A stretch of 64,000 bases of DNA from Setoptus koraiensis (lineage: Eukaryota > Animalia > Arthropoda). The DNA is taken from the NCBI GenBank assembly GCA_048013815.1, contig CM106586.1, positions 21,080,001-21,144,000 of the forward strand, read 5' to 3'. Shown piece after piece: positions 48,601-61,000 of the stretch. The notes under the pieces are model-generated. The model saw only the letters and a program-made list of their open reading frames with translations. It was not told where the DNA came from and did not search any database. Both the position numbers and the translations under genes were made by a program. Positions within the stretch are counted from its first letter, which is position 1, and every line of letters begins with the position of its first letter.

Positions 48601-49331
48601 CCAGACATCATCGCAAACTGTGTCGAGCAACAACACCCAGCAACAACACCGAGCGACAACACCGAGCAACATCGAGCGACAGCGAGCGACAACATCGAGC
48701 CGACGAAGCGGCCGGCGTAATTATCATGATTAATTTATAGCTCATTAGGCGAGCCGGCCACTGTTGACATCGATTGTCATTAAACGGTTCGGGATAGCGA
48801 GCGACTCAACTGTCCACTGGCCTGTATTGATTTATTTATATCGCCGTGTGTGTTGTTTGGCGCCACTAGCGAGCACTTGACGAGCTTGTAATTAATTGAT
48901 TTCTTGCAAGGGCCGCGCTCGCATCGATTGAATTGCCGGCCTCGTTGCAGCGGCCAGCTCAATCGGCGCTAGCCGGTCGGATATTGCGACTTGTGGGCCG
49001 AGATCGCACGAGATAATCTACGGCCATTGATAAACTCTCGCCAGTGAATGCGCGAAAAGCAGCGCCAAGGATGAACTTGCCACCGTTTGTCAATCCGTTT
49101 GCCAGTCGCTGGCCAAGTCGCCGCCAGGGTGCTGGGGCCCGCGCGCAGATCGTTATCTGTCGAGTAGCGGATCTGTTGTGCGTTGCGCAACAGATTTGTC
49201 CGCTGGCCGCAGATCGCACACGCAGCCAGCTGATAATAGATCGAAAGAGAGTCGCTGGCGAGATTTAATCTGGCCAGCGTTTCATTTGTTTGTGCGCTGT
49301 TTGTTGTTGTTGCTGTTGTTGTTGTTGTTGC

Positions 49332-49374
<43 letters not shown>

Positions 49375-50376
49375 GCTGTTGTTTGCTGTTGTTGTTGTTT
49401 GCTGTCTGTTGGTAGCTGCTTGTTGTTGTTTGTTGTTGCGCAACAACCGCCAACGAGAGCTTGTGTTGATTGCGCAATTGGAACAGGTATTTTGTGTGTT
49501 TGTGTTTGGCAATCCGGCCGAACACAAACGTTCGGCCGAATTGTTGCAACATAAGCCAACGGCAGCAACAGCTGACAGCGGCGAGCTGCCAATTGGAGCC
49601 TTTTGAGATCACTTTCGTTTCAGCAACAAGTGTCTGCTCGCGCTGTTTAATCAAGCCAGCGCAAGCCGTCGCAAGCCAGCGCGAGCCGTTGCAAACAGTT
49701 GCAAACAGTTGCAAACCGTTGAACTTGAACAACCGCCGAGCGCAACTAATTATCCATCCAACGGATATTAACTGGATATCCCAATCGCCGATTTGAAGCA
49801 ACGGCAAGCTCGACAAGCGAGCCAGGCATGGCCAGACCCAACCAGAGAGAGATCTGATTAGATTGCATAATTCAATTCTTGCAACTGCAGCCATTGACCT
49901 TGGCCGGTACGGGCCGGCTCAGGCCGGCGCCTAGGCGATTCTTGAGCTAATTGCGCGCCGCGCACGAGCTCATTCTCGACTTGCTCGACAGTGGCTCGAC
50001 AGTGGCTCGACAGTGGCTTGCCAGTGGCTCGACAGTGGCTTGCCAGTGGCGAGCCAGTGGCCAAAACCGAAGTAGCCAAACTGGCAAACAATCACAAAAT
50101 GCACATTCGAGACACAAACAAGCGCAAGTGATTGATTGCTCAATATCGTCGGCTGGCCGGCCCATTCGTGAGCCGGCCAGCGTATATATAAATTATAAAT
50201 ATAATTGATTACTGCGAGCGTGGCCCGGCTTTAAAACTGGCCAATAAAAAGAACAATCGACGACGCTCAAATCCCTTGTTTATGTTCATGTTTATGCTAT
50301 GTTTATCTGTTTGTATTTTTATACTTTTTTATATTTATACTTTTGTACTTTTATACATACGCGCGTCGTCGCGTAC

Positions 50377-50460
50377 ACACAACAACTGACGCAACAACTG
50401 ACGCAACAACTGACGCAACAACTGACACAACAACTGACACAACAACTGACACAACAACTG
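50377..50460 (+). repeat. 7 x 12-bp AC(A/G)CAACAACTG minisatellite
   Basis: Read directly. Confidence 0.95.
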
Positions 50461-50970
50461 ACAGAGAAAAATAAAAATAGTCTTGGCAAATAAAACATTG
50501 GCAACCAAAACGATCAAGTTGCTGGCCACAATTAACGCCACAAAAATCTCGAGAGGGGCGCAATCAACAATCGCGACAACAATGCTCCAGGTGAACACAT
50601 GCTCGTTTTGACATTGTTGAGTGAACAAGCGCTCTCACAAATGTCAAATTGGCCAACAGCTGACACATCAGCTGATATATGCTAATTAGCATGCTGTAGT
50701 CCATTCAATTTGGCCACCCGTTCGTCTGACCGGATGCACGCAGCACCGGAAATGGGCGACGACGCCATGACGGCGCCATAATGGGCATAATGCATTATAT
50801 TGATGGGCACAACAATATAGGGCACAGGTAATAAGTGTTGTAACTGGGTCATAGATGGGCCAGGAATTAATTAACTGGTCGCGCATTCATGTGGCGTCCA
50901 TCGGTTATTGGCCGACTGCGTAACGATTGCATAACATTGCTGGATTATCGGGCATCATTGGACATCAGTT

Positions 50971-50971
<1 letters not shown>

Positions 50972-51044
<73 letters not shown>
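50972..51044 (+). repeat. (AC)~36 dinucleotide microsatellite
   Basis: Read directly. Confidence 0.97.
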
Positions 51045-51045
<1 letters not shown>

Positions 51046-51837
51046 GACAAAATAATTAGCATCGTCGGCGACTAATTAACCGCGACGCAACCACCAAGAC
51101 AACGATTGGCACAACAATCAATCAGACAAATGTCAAAAATGGCCACCACTGGCTCGCATTGATAACAGCTTAATAATAATTAATAACAAGACATGTTGTG
51201 CTTGCTATTATGACATCATATGTTATCTCAGGGCGACCTGAGAATCCCGGCCTCGAGATGATAATTGCCTGTCGGCCAGTGGGCCAGTCGCCACCGAATT
51301 AACATGAAACTGAGCGCTGTCAAGCGAGCATATATATTACATGTATATATATTGCATAATAGTTATTGTTTCTTTTGGTTGTTGTTGCTGTTGTTGCGCC
51401 ATAATATGATGATAACAACATGGCAGTGAATTAATGATGTTACATCATTGATTCACCAGCAGCAACAGCAACAGCAACTGCGACAGCAACCACAACAGCA
51501 ACGCTTACGCAGCGACCCAATGACGCAATAATTAACTGGCATTAGGCCCAAAACAATGCCAGTGTCAGTGCCAGTGCCAGTGGTCAGCCAACAAGTTGTA
51601 AGTGCGCGAGTCAACAACAACAGTGTGAATCAGGCCAGCAATCAATTGTCGTCCGGCCGGGCATCGATTGTTCGCATCGATCGGCTGACCCGCATTCCAT
51701 TCTTCGAGTTCCGTTATTTCCGTTCATTCAATCATCGTGGCCACACTTCCGCTGGCCAAATCTGGCGCGAGGTGTCACAAGCGGCGGAAGGGTTGCAACA
51801 GCATCAATTTGTTGCAAATGACTCACCCTGCTGTTGC

Positions 51838-51882
<45 letters not shown>

Positions 51883-53200
51883 CGTTGTTGTTGTCGTTGT
51901 TGGCACAACAACAGTCGCAAGTTCAGCGGCAGGTGAATACGCGATTCGAGTGCGCACTGGCGCTCGCTGGCTTCGGCGCTGGCCTGGCCATGGAATTTGT
52001 GCTGCGCGAGGATCGCAAGTGCGCGCCTTATGCTAAATTATGCAAAGTGACCAGCAGCCATAAACTCACTTGCAGGCTGTAACTTGCAGGCTGTAAGTGG
52101 CTTTACATGGGCACTTTCGCCCATGTAAAGCCCGTTCGCCCGAAACAGAGCCGATGGTTTGCAGCGAGCGAGCGACAGGTGATAGCTGGCCGGTTCGGCG
52201 GCCGTTCGGCGGCCGTTCGGTGGCTGTTCGGTGGCCAGTGAAAAGAACAGGCTGGCGAAAAGGGCCAGCCGAAACAATTGAAGGTCAGCGCAAGCGATCG
52301 AGTTGCGAGACGCGTTCGCTGGTCGCTGCGTTGCGCAATGCGAATAGCGAAATTCGAAACAACAACTGGCGAATCGAATCAATTGTCAAACATCAATCTC
52401 TGCATAATGGCGCAACGAACAATTGCGCAATTGGCATGGGGGCCGCGAGCAAGACGAGACGAGACGCGCGCAGAGGAGCGCAGAACAAAGGGACAATTAA
52501 GTGCAACGCCGAGCTCAAAACAATTAGATTAGTAGCGCTTCCTTTTGTTTGCTATTGGCCGGTTTGTTGGCCGGTTTGTTGGCCGATTTGTTGGCCAGTT
52601 TGTCGGCCAGTTTGTCGGCCAGTGGCACGGCTAGTTAGTGGCGATTTGCATATTGTTGTTTGCAGCATGTTGCCGTTGCGTCGCGCACGCCGCAAACAAG
52701 CAAGGCAAAAGCAGTGTGGCGAGAATAGCATCGTGGCCGGCCACTGGCGAGGGCCATGGCCGAGCGGGCCGAGAATAGCCGAGAACGGCCGAGCCGAGCC
52801 GAGCAGAGGAAGAGAGACAAGAGAAAAACGAGCCGAAAAGTCGATGGTGTCCACTGTCGATCTTGACCGATCGTGTGTTCGTTGTTTGTTCGCGGGCCAC
52901 CCAAAGGGAGCGCTTCGTTGCCCACTGCAGCGTCTGACGGGCGCACAGGTGAACTGGCGAACAGGTGACTGGGCGAGCAACAGGTGACAGGTGACAAGTG
53001 TGCGCATCACGCTGGCGCTTATTTGAGCTTCGATCGGCGCTTTATTTTGTCGGTCACAACGAGCGCTAGTCGAGACTCTGCTCGCTGTGCCACAAATAGA
53101 CAAACAGACGAATAGACAAATACAAATAGAGCTGAAACGGCACCCACAAATCACACGAATCGCGCGAATCGCGCAAATCGCATTCACAAATCACAGCGTC

Positions 53201-53280
53201 TGACAGTTGCACCAACTGACAGTTGCACCAACTGGCAGTTGCACCAATTGACAGTTGCACCAATTGACAGTTGCACCAAT
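53201..53280 (+). repeat. 5 x 16-bp TGACAGTTGCACCAA(C/T)
   Basis: Read directly. Confidence 0.95.
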
Positions 53281-54851
53281 TCGTTTAAATATCGTACGAT
53301 TCGCATATTATGTAATGCAAAATAAATATACGCATGAGTTGGCCAGACCGACAAGTTGCTGTTACGTCTAGATGTGTGCTCTTGAGCGAGAATTAACAAT
53401 CGCAAATCAGCGAATAAATAACTGCAAATGGACAAACGGTGCGCGTTTGCGCTGGCGAGCGCCGGCCGCCAACAAGCGAGCAAACAATGCGACCAACAAC
53501 AACGACAACAGCGACAACAGCGACAACAGCGACAACAACAACGCAGCACGACAGGTGTTTTATTTGCACGTATTGTTACAAATCGTCAAATGCATTGTGT
53601 AATACAATTTGTGTTGACCGTTTTGATTGTTGCCGAATGTTGACTTTTGATGGTCGCTGAATGAGCGATTTCCCCGAACAGGGCGAAAAGGGAAACCCGC
53701 CCGCCGAAACGCAAAGTGACCGGCAAAGCCGACGATTTTCGGGACGTCCGATCCACGTTCGCGGCCGATTCATTTATTCGCGTTCGCGGCCGATTCATTT
53801 ATTCGCCTTCGCGGCCGCTGAATCACGGCCGACGAAGGCAAGTGCGCTGGCCAGCGCAGTTCATATTTTTATTTATATCTTTATATTTGTTCGTGTTTGT
53901 TTTATTCATTTTTGAGCGGGTGGCGCGCACAGCAGCAAAACGAGGCGAACTTTTGTTGGAATTTGTCAGTCGGAACTCAGTTAGAATTGGCGAAACTCAG
54001 TTGGTTCTAACTTGGAAAAGTCTGCAAAAAGACGCCGAAAAACTTTTTTCGCCTTCTTCTCGAGCCCTTGAGCCAGCCCGAACGGCAGCTCGAGCCTGAG
54101 CCCTTGAGCCCGAAAAGGCCGAACGGCTCAAGCGCGGGCTTCTGCAGCGAGCGATCATTATCCACCAACTATCAGTCAATTTGTTGCCATTGTTTGTCCA
54201 TCTAATCTATCTAATCTGGCCGGCCAGCAACATAATGGCCGGCCGGCCGGCTACACAATGTGCAACCGCCGGTTATTATATGTATCGCCGTGTCTCGGCC
54301 AGCCTGTTCCATTTGTGCAGCTTGCCATTTGTGCGGACGGCCAGCTCGGCCGGGCTCGGCAACGGTCGGCAGCGCCAGTCCGAGGGTCTAATGGTGGTCG
54401 TTTCAGCAAACAATAAACAATTTGATGCCCGGCGCTGATTAATTGGCTTTAGGGCTTCTTCTAATGTTTGGCTTGTCCGTCGCTGCAATTCGGGCCGTCC
54501 GTCGCTGCAATTCGGGCCGGCCGCCCGGCTCGCTGCCCATCGGGCCGGCTCGCCGCCCATCGGGCCGAACGCGGCCAACGGGCCGCCCGATTCGCATTAT
54601 CGGCCGGTTGGCCGCATAATTCAGGGGCAGCCGGTTGTTTGTTTTGGCCGATTGTTTGCTCGCTCTCTTGTTACAATTTGCCCCTCTCTACAGCTGTTCT
54701 GGCAAGGCTTGCGCTGGCGAGACGCGGCGCTGCCACCGCGACGTAATTGTAGCGCCGCGACGTAATTGTAGCACAAACTGGCGAGACGCGCCTGGCCAGA
54801 CCGGCCCGCTGATGGCCACTGGCCGCCCGATCGGCCGCCAGCTGATCAGCG

Positions 54852-54943
54852 GGCCCATCTGACAGTTGCGAGCTGGCTCATCTGACAGTTGTCAGCCGGC
54901 CCATCTGACGGTTGTCAGCTGGCCAATCTGACGGTTGCGGCAA
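54852..54943 (+). repeat. 4 x 23-bp GGCCCATCTGACRGTTGTCAGCT-like repeat
   Basis: Read directly; copies are degenerate. Confidence 0.85.
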
Positions 54944-55884
54944 GTGGCCACTGTCAGTTGCCCGATAACGACGCGTGCCTAATGCGCGCGCCGGCCAGTC
55001 GCCATGACATGTTACGCAACTTGTTACGCAACATGTTACGCAACATGTTTTGTTTGTCGCGACAATTAGCGACACTTTGCGTATGCGGCCGGCGACGCGC
55101 CAGATCGCTGTCACCGGCGGCATTTCGGCAGCATTTTGTTGGAATTTCGGCAGCATTTTGTTGGAATTTCGGCGACATTTGGCCAACATTTGGCCGCCAA
55201 CTTGCCGCTAATTTGGCTCGCTTTGCTGGCGGACCGAGCGAGCCGAGTGGCGCTTCACGCTGTGTAACACTGCACGAAGCGACACTCGGCGACGGCCGGC
55301 CCGACCGATGCCCGAGCGACGCAAAGCGCAACATGCAAAACAAACAAACAATTAATTGTCCATTGTCTGTGTGCCGTTACGTTTGCCCGTTATGCGCAGC
55401 GCCACTTCTCGTCGCCGTCAATTTCGGATAGGCGACAACGCCGAGACGCGGCGACCGCTCGTTGAACCCCGCTCACTCACCTAGTAGAACCTGTGGGCCG
55501 AGCGAGCGCCCTCTGTGGGCGGACAGTCGCCAGGTGAGTGGCCTGAGGTGAGGCGCTGCGGACAAGTATTGCGACAGCGGCCACTGTCGCCCTGGCGACC
55601 AATCCCAGCATCATGCTCAGCATTTATATACTCACAAGTCAGGTTTATATCAGTATATGAACATGAGGATGTAGTAGCGCCGGTTGCGGTAACGGGCATG
55701 GTGATGATGGCCCGGTAATGGCGCTGCCAGTGGTGAGAATATAATTAAGCTCCAATTCTCATATGATTGCGCTAACATCATCTCGCAAGTCTAATCAGCT
55801 GATGCAATCAGCGTCACAAGAAGCTACCTGTTCTCGGCACTGTCGCTACTGTCGCTGCTGTTGTTATCTGCGGGAATGATCAGT

Positions 55885-55915
<31 letters not shown>

Positions 55916-56592
55916 CGTTGTTGCGAGTATAAACAGTGAGATAAATGATATAAACTACAATTATCGTTGCACGGCGACAACGGCAGCGTTACACATTCGC
56001 ACAGCACGCTCAGAGCTTACGTTACATGTTGCGTCATTATATCATTTCGGTTTAGGGAATTATTTATTTCTTCGCTTGCGTCGCTCAGAAATATCGCAGA
56101 AATATCGCAGAAATAGCACAGAAACAGCAAAGAAATAACACAGAAATAATACAGAAATTACACAGAAATAATGGAGAAATTACACAGAAATAATGGAGAA
56201 ATACGGACGTGAGGCAGACAGATAATGCAGAGTGATGCGCAAAGCAGCGACAAGTTTTTGCCTCTTTGCTTGTTTAGTCGGTCGCAGACGAGACCATTAG
56301 GTGACACTTGTTGCTGCTCCATTAGTTGGCGGCCGGAGTAGGCGCTGCAACACGTTTTGGCCGTGTATCAGATGCTGTCAGAGAGATGTCGCCCATTTGA
56401 AACATGACGGCGCTTGTGCTCGCGTGGGAGAATGCCCAACTAATGTCGCTACACAACATTACAACACGGCATCGGTGGCCAGCTGAGCGAAAGAACAATC
56501 CGGCCAGAGGGGCAAGCGCCGAGCATGAGGCGACAGGTGACAGTGCGCTGGCTCACGAACGCAACCACCGGCAGAAAGTGGTTCGCAGCCGA

Positions 56593-56697
56593 CTCGAGAG
56601 AAGCCAGCTCGAGAGAAGCCAGCTCGAGAGAAGCCAGCTCGAGAGAAGCCAGCTCGAGAGAAGCCAACTCGAGAGAAGCCAGCTCGAAAGAAGCCAG
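56593..56697 (+). repeat. 7 x 15-bp CTCGAGAGAAGCCAG minisatellite
   Basis: Read directly; this is the source of the SQLER/ELASL pseudo-ORFs. Confidence 0.95.
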
Positions 56698-58009
56698 CGA
56701 AAGGGAGAGAACTCGCTGCCGAGTCGCTTCGAACCCGCTAAGAAGTCGCTGAGAAGTCGCTGCGAAGGAGAAGAATCTTGCGTCGCGCACGAAGAAGAAA
56801 GTGCCCCCATTCGTCGCTTCTTTTCTCGCTTCTCTTGTAGCTTCTTTTGTCGCTTCTTTTTCTGTCGCGTTGAAACAACACGACAACTCCTCCCCCGGCC
56901 AGAGTGAGTGTGCGTGCGTCTCGCAGCTCGCAATCAATTTATTCCCATAGGAATCAATGGGCCAATCGGACAGAGAGAGAGAGTGACGTTAGCATTGTCG
57001 ACTCGACATTGTCGACAAGGAAATAAAGCAACGACATAAAGGAAACAAACAAAAGTTGTCACTTTCAACCGGCCAATTACGGCCATAACACAAAGTAGCC
57101 CAACAAAGTGACGTAACATCAAGTACCGGTACAGTTAACATCAAGCACACATAAAAAAGTGGTGACAGTAGCCCCCAAGTGGAGAAACCGCCAACTCTCA
57201 TTGGATTATTAATAGATGCAGCTGATTAGATTGTTACACTCACCTGTGTGCTGCTGCTGGCTTGTCACACTACTAGTATGATACTGGCCAGCGGATTACA
57301 TGTAATAATATCAGAATATGCAAAACAATAATATATTATAATATACGAGGCAAAGTGTTCAAAGTGCCGGCCAGTCAATTAATAATTACATTGTTGACAT
57401 GTTTGCATATACATGTAACATGTTGCGCAACAACGGCCAGTGTGTAATTACCAGTCTACTTAATTCATGTGGCCACTGATGGATGAGATTAAATTAAATT
57501 AATTAGGCGCATAATTAGAGCAGTTGCAGCGCTTGCCATGTATGGACAATGCGGCAACATTATTATTTTTGTTGGTTGCTATATCATGCTATGATATATG
57601 TGATTATTATGTTGTATATACAACGATATTATTACGATATCATGATATATTGATATGAAACATTGCGCAATATATGCGAGAGATATTAATAAGAGAGATA
57701 ATAATGCCAGAATAATGCCAGAATAATGCCAGAATAATGCAATGATAATGCAATGATGATGCAATGATAATGCATGTTGTTACATAATAACCAATCAGCC
57801 ACTGACACGCTAACTAACAACAAGTAAGTTGGTCTATTTGCAGTTGGTGCGGTTGTGTCTCTGGCCAAAATAAACAACTTATTCACTATTGCTAGTTTAC
57901 ATACACAAACACAGATTTGTCTCACCTGGTACCATTAATCATAGAGAGGCAGACAGATGAGATAATGTGAGCATTCTGTTTTGCTCATTGTTGTTCAATG
58001 TTGACTCTC

Positions 58010-58059
58010 GTTACGTGATGTTACGTAATGTTACGTAATGTTACGTAATGTTACGTAAT
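58010..58059 (+). repeat. 5 x 10-bp GTTACGT(A/G)AT array (palindromic core TTACGTAA)
   Basis: Read directly; four exact GTTACGTAAT copies preceded by one GTTACGTGAT. Confidence 0.95.
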
Positions 58060-61000
58060 AGCAGCACAAAACCGTGCTTGCAGAAAGTCTCAATTCAACG
58101 CTCTGCAAGTATGAGAAGCCGAGAAAATGGGGAAAAACTTCCCAGGCTTGTCGCTTCGCTGCTGTGTAGTTTGTGGTGCGCTGACTCGTCGTCTGTCGAG
58201 TCTCATTTATATAGTCTCGACTGCGCCATCCAAATAGATGCGACAAATTGACAAATGACACTGTCGCATTGTTTATATGATGCCCGGCTCGCGAGGCAAC
58301 CCTTTAGAATCGCAAGTTTGGATATACCTTGGCATATATTCTCGGTATATGTTCTCGGTATATGTTCTCGGTATATGTTGTTGGTATATGTTCCTCTTGG
58401 GCACACCATCGTCGAGTCGCCTTGAACTCGATGAGACCAACTGCGAGATTGCGCGCGATCGAGTCGCCACACACTCTGACAGATGATCGTCGCTGGGGCC
58501 ACTCCGACACGGCGCAAACACTGACACAACAGTTGTGAACCTGTCACGTTGTTCGAGGCCACGCAAATTGGCCATTACGTAATCGCGAGAATTGTTTGGC
58601 GGCGCCGCTGCTGCCGCCGTGTTGCAATGTTATGACATGTTATGACATTGCAACACTCACACACACGACGACAACTACATTATTGTGTATTTGTTTACAC
58701 AACACACACTCATCTAATGATGTAACCAAACGTTTTCCAGCGCACAAATATTACGACACACACACACACAAACGAGCCACCGCAAACAGGAAGTTGCGCA
58801 TCATCGTGGGAACGGCGCCGCCAGCAACCATCAACGAAACTGTTGTCATACTTGATGGTGAGTATATGTAAACAAACCGGCCTGCCAGCCGACTAACTAG
58901 CTAACTAAATCGCTAATTTGTGTTGCAATATATCATCAAAATATTATGCAAATGACTGCTCGCCGCTGCTGATCCACTTTTGGTGCTCGTGTGTATCCCA
59001 TGGCTGTTGGCGTTGATTCATCGTTCGCCGCGGCCGTCGTTTCGCGAGCCCGCCGACCGGCAGCGCCCTCTGCTTTTTTCTGCCGTTTTTCTGCTGTTTT
59101 TCTGCCGTTTTGCTGCTGCTCTTCTGCTGTTTTTCTGCTGTTCCTCTGTTTTTGGCCCAAAATCCTATCAGTTGAAATAACTGAATTCGCAGCCGAATTC
59201 GCAGCCGAACTCGCAGCCGAATTCGCAGCCGACGGCCCACAGCGCCCTCTGCCACACAGCGGGCCAAGCTGAAGTGGCCAGCGCAAGGCGCCTATATCGC
59301 GTATATGTGTGTGTGTGTAGATGCAGTAAACTGACCAGTGCGAGCGCCACCTCGCAAAGATTGCCGCAATTCCGAGAAGTGGCATTGTTAGCGGCTAGTT
59401 TGTTCGAGCGAGTGTGTGGCTCATGGCCAAATTGGGGGGCTTCTGGTGGCCAGAATGGCGATAATTGATAATGATTGCCATGGCGAGCCACTAGTGCAAA
59501 TTGCAGCAGCGTTTCATTGTGACTCACACAATTTGTGAGCCAACAAAACAACGAAACAACGAAACAACAACGGCAGCAAGATGACGCAACGCTCAGATGA
59601 TTGATGAGTTTAGTGGTCGCGAAACGATATTATATCATCATGGTTGTGGTCGTTTGCAGCACAAATATCGTTGTTGCCATGACTACAAAATACGTTGTGC
59701 GGTTCGTTTTGTGTTCATTGTTTGGTCCACCAAACTGCCCAGTGTCCAGCCGATATGTTCAATGTCAAACGAGTCAGACCAGCCAGCGAGAACTGTAACT
59801 ATCGTCACTGCTTGAAGCCAAGCAACAAGTTGCAAGCGTGCCAATGGCCGCCCGAACAAACTGGCCCGATATCGATGATACAAATGAATGGCTGACAACG
59901 ATGGAAAACGATGAGCGCAAAATGAAAGAGCGAGAGAATTTCGACGAAAAAATTTATTTTCGCAAAAATGATCGCTCTTTGCGAGGGAATTCAGTCAGTC
60001 AGTCGTCTCATTGTGAAAAAGAACGCACCACAAACGCAGCGGCCTTTTCACTGACCGATGAAACAATCTAGCCACGCCAGTCTTATTACATCAATGCATC
60101 AATCGATGTAATCAAATACTATAATACTAATAAAAGATGATTGGATAATAATCAATTTTTGGCCATTTTTATCATCATCGTGGCGAGTATTATCTCATCA
60201 TTAGCAACTGTGGCCGCCGGGCCGCCGTCCACTGCCACTGGCCGACAACAGCGCGCACAGTGGTGCCCTCTCAGGGCAACCAGCCAACTAATGGTGGTGG
60301 ATAATGGGAAAGTCGGCCCACTCAATAATATTCACTCAACTGTGAGTCACAGTATTGTCAATGCACCGTGCCAACGTCTTCAAGCTCGTCAGGCCCTCTT
60401 GCGTCCAGATCGAGCACTGCGTTGCACCGTTGCATGATGCATTTTTGGCAAAAATCACTAATTTTTTGCCAGCGCTGTGTGCTGGCGAAAATTCAACATT
60501 CACAATTGTCAGCGAATTTGAAGTGGCAACCGGAAGTGGCCCAATCGCACAAGTCAGTGCGACGGTATATGCGGCGGGATTTCGTTGGCAGAGGTGCCCT
60601 CTTTCGGACACGACGAGCTACACTGAGCTGGCGTGAGCTGGTTACATGCCGGTCGGCCGATAATATACGATCGGATATAATAGTGCGAGTAGGAGCATCA
60701 TTGTGCCCGAATGCGCTGTTTGTGCATGTCGCCCGAGGCTTCTTTTGCCTCTCGACTGACCATTCGCGACTGACCATTCGCGACTGACCATTCTTGTTGG
60801 CGTCATTTGGGCCAGTCGCACTATCTGTGGGTGTTGTCTCTCTCTCTCAATTAGTGCTACCTATTGGCGTTGCAAGTATCTGGCGCGGTTAAATTTGTGT
60901 GTATGAGATACCTGTTGGCTTTGCTAACACAATGTTGTTGTTGTTGTTATGCAACACGACGATTGTTACATAAGAGCATTATGTGCGCATGTAACAAGTC

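Noticed and set aside
52097-53187. Long ORFs of 296 aa (+) and 211 aa (-)
   Set aside because: They overlap on both strands and are built from tandem repeats (VCWP, SRAE); there is no domain signature.
53621-53645. TTTTGATTGTTGC, matching the 5' part of miR-315
   Set aside because: The match stops at 13 nt, there is no complementary star arm nearby, and the segment is part of a local duplication.
32433-58059. Regular repeat arrays as CRISPR-like loci
   Set aside because: The units are directly abutting with no unique spacers, there are no cas genes, and the context is eukaryotic.
60141-60437. Signal-peptide-like ORF (…FLAIFIIIVASIISSLATVAAG…) with a GTGAGT donor
   Set aside because: It starts at TTG directly after an in-frame TGA, with no in-frame ATG or usable acceptor.
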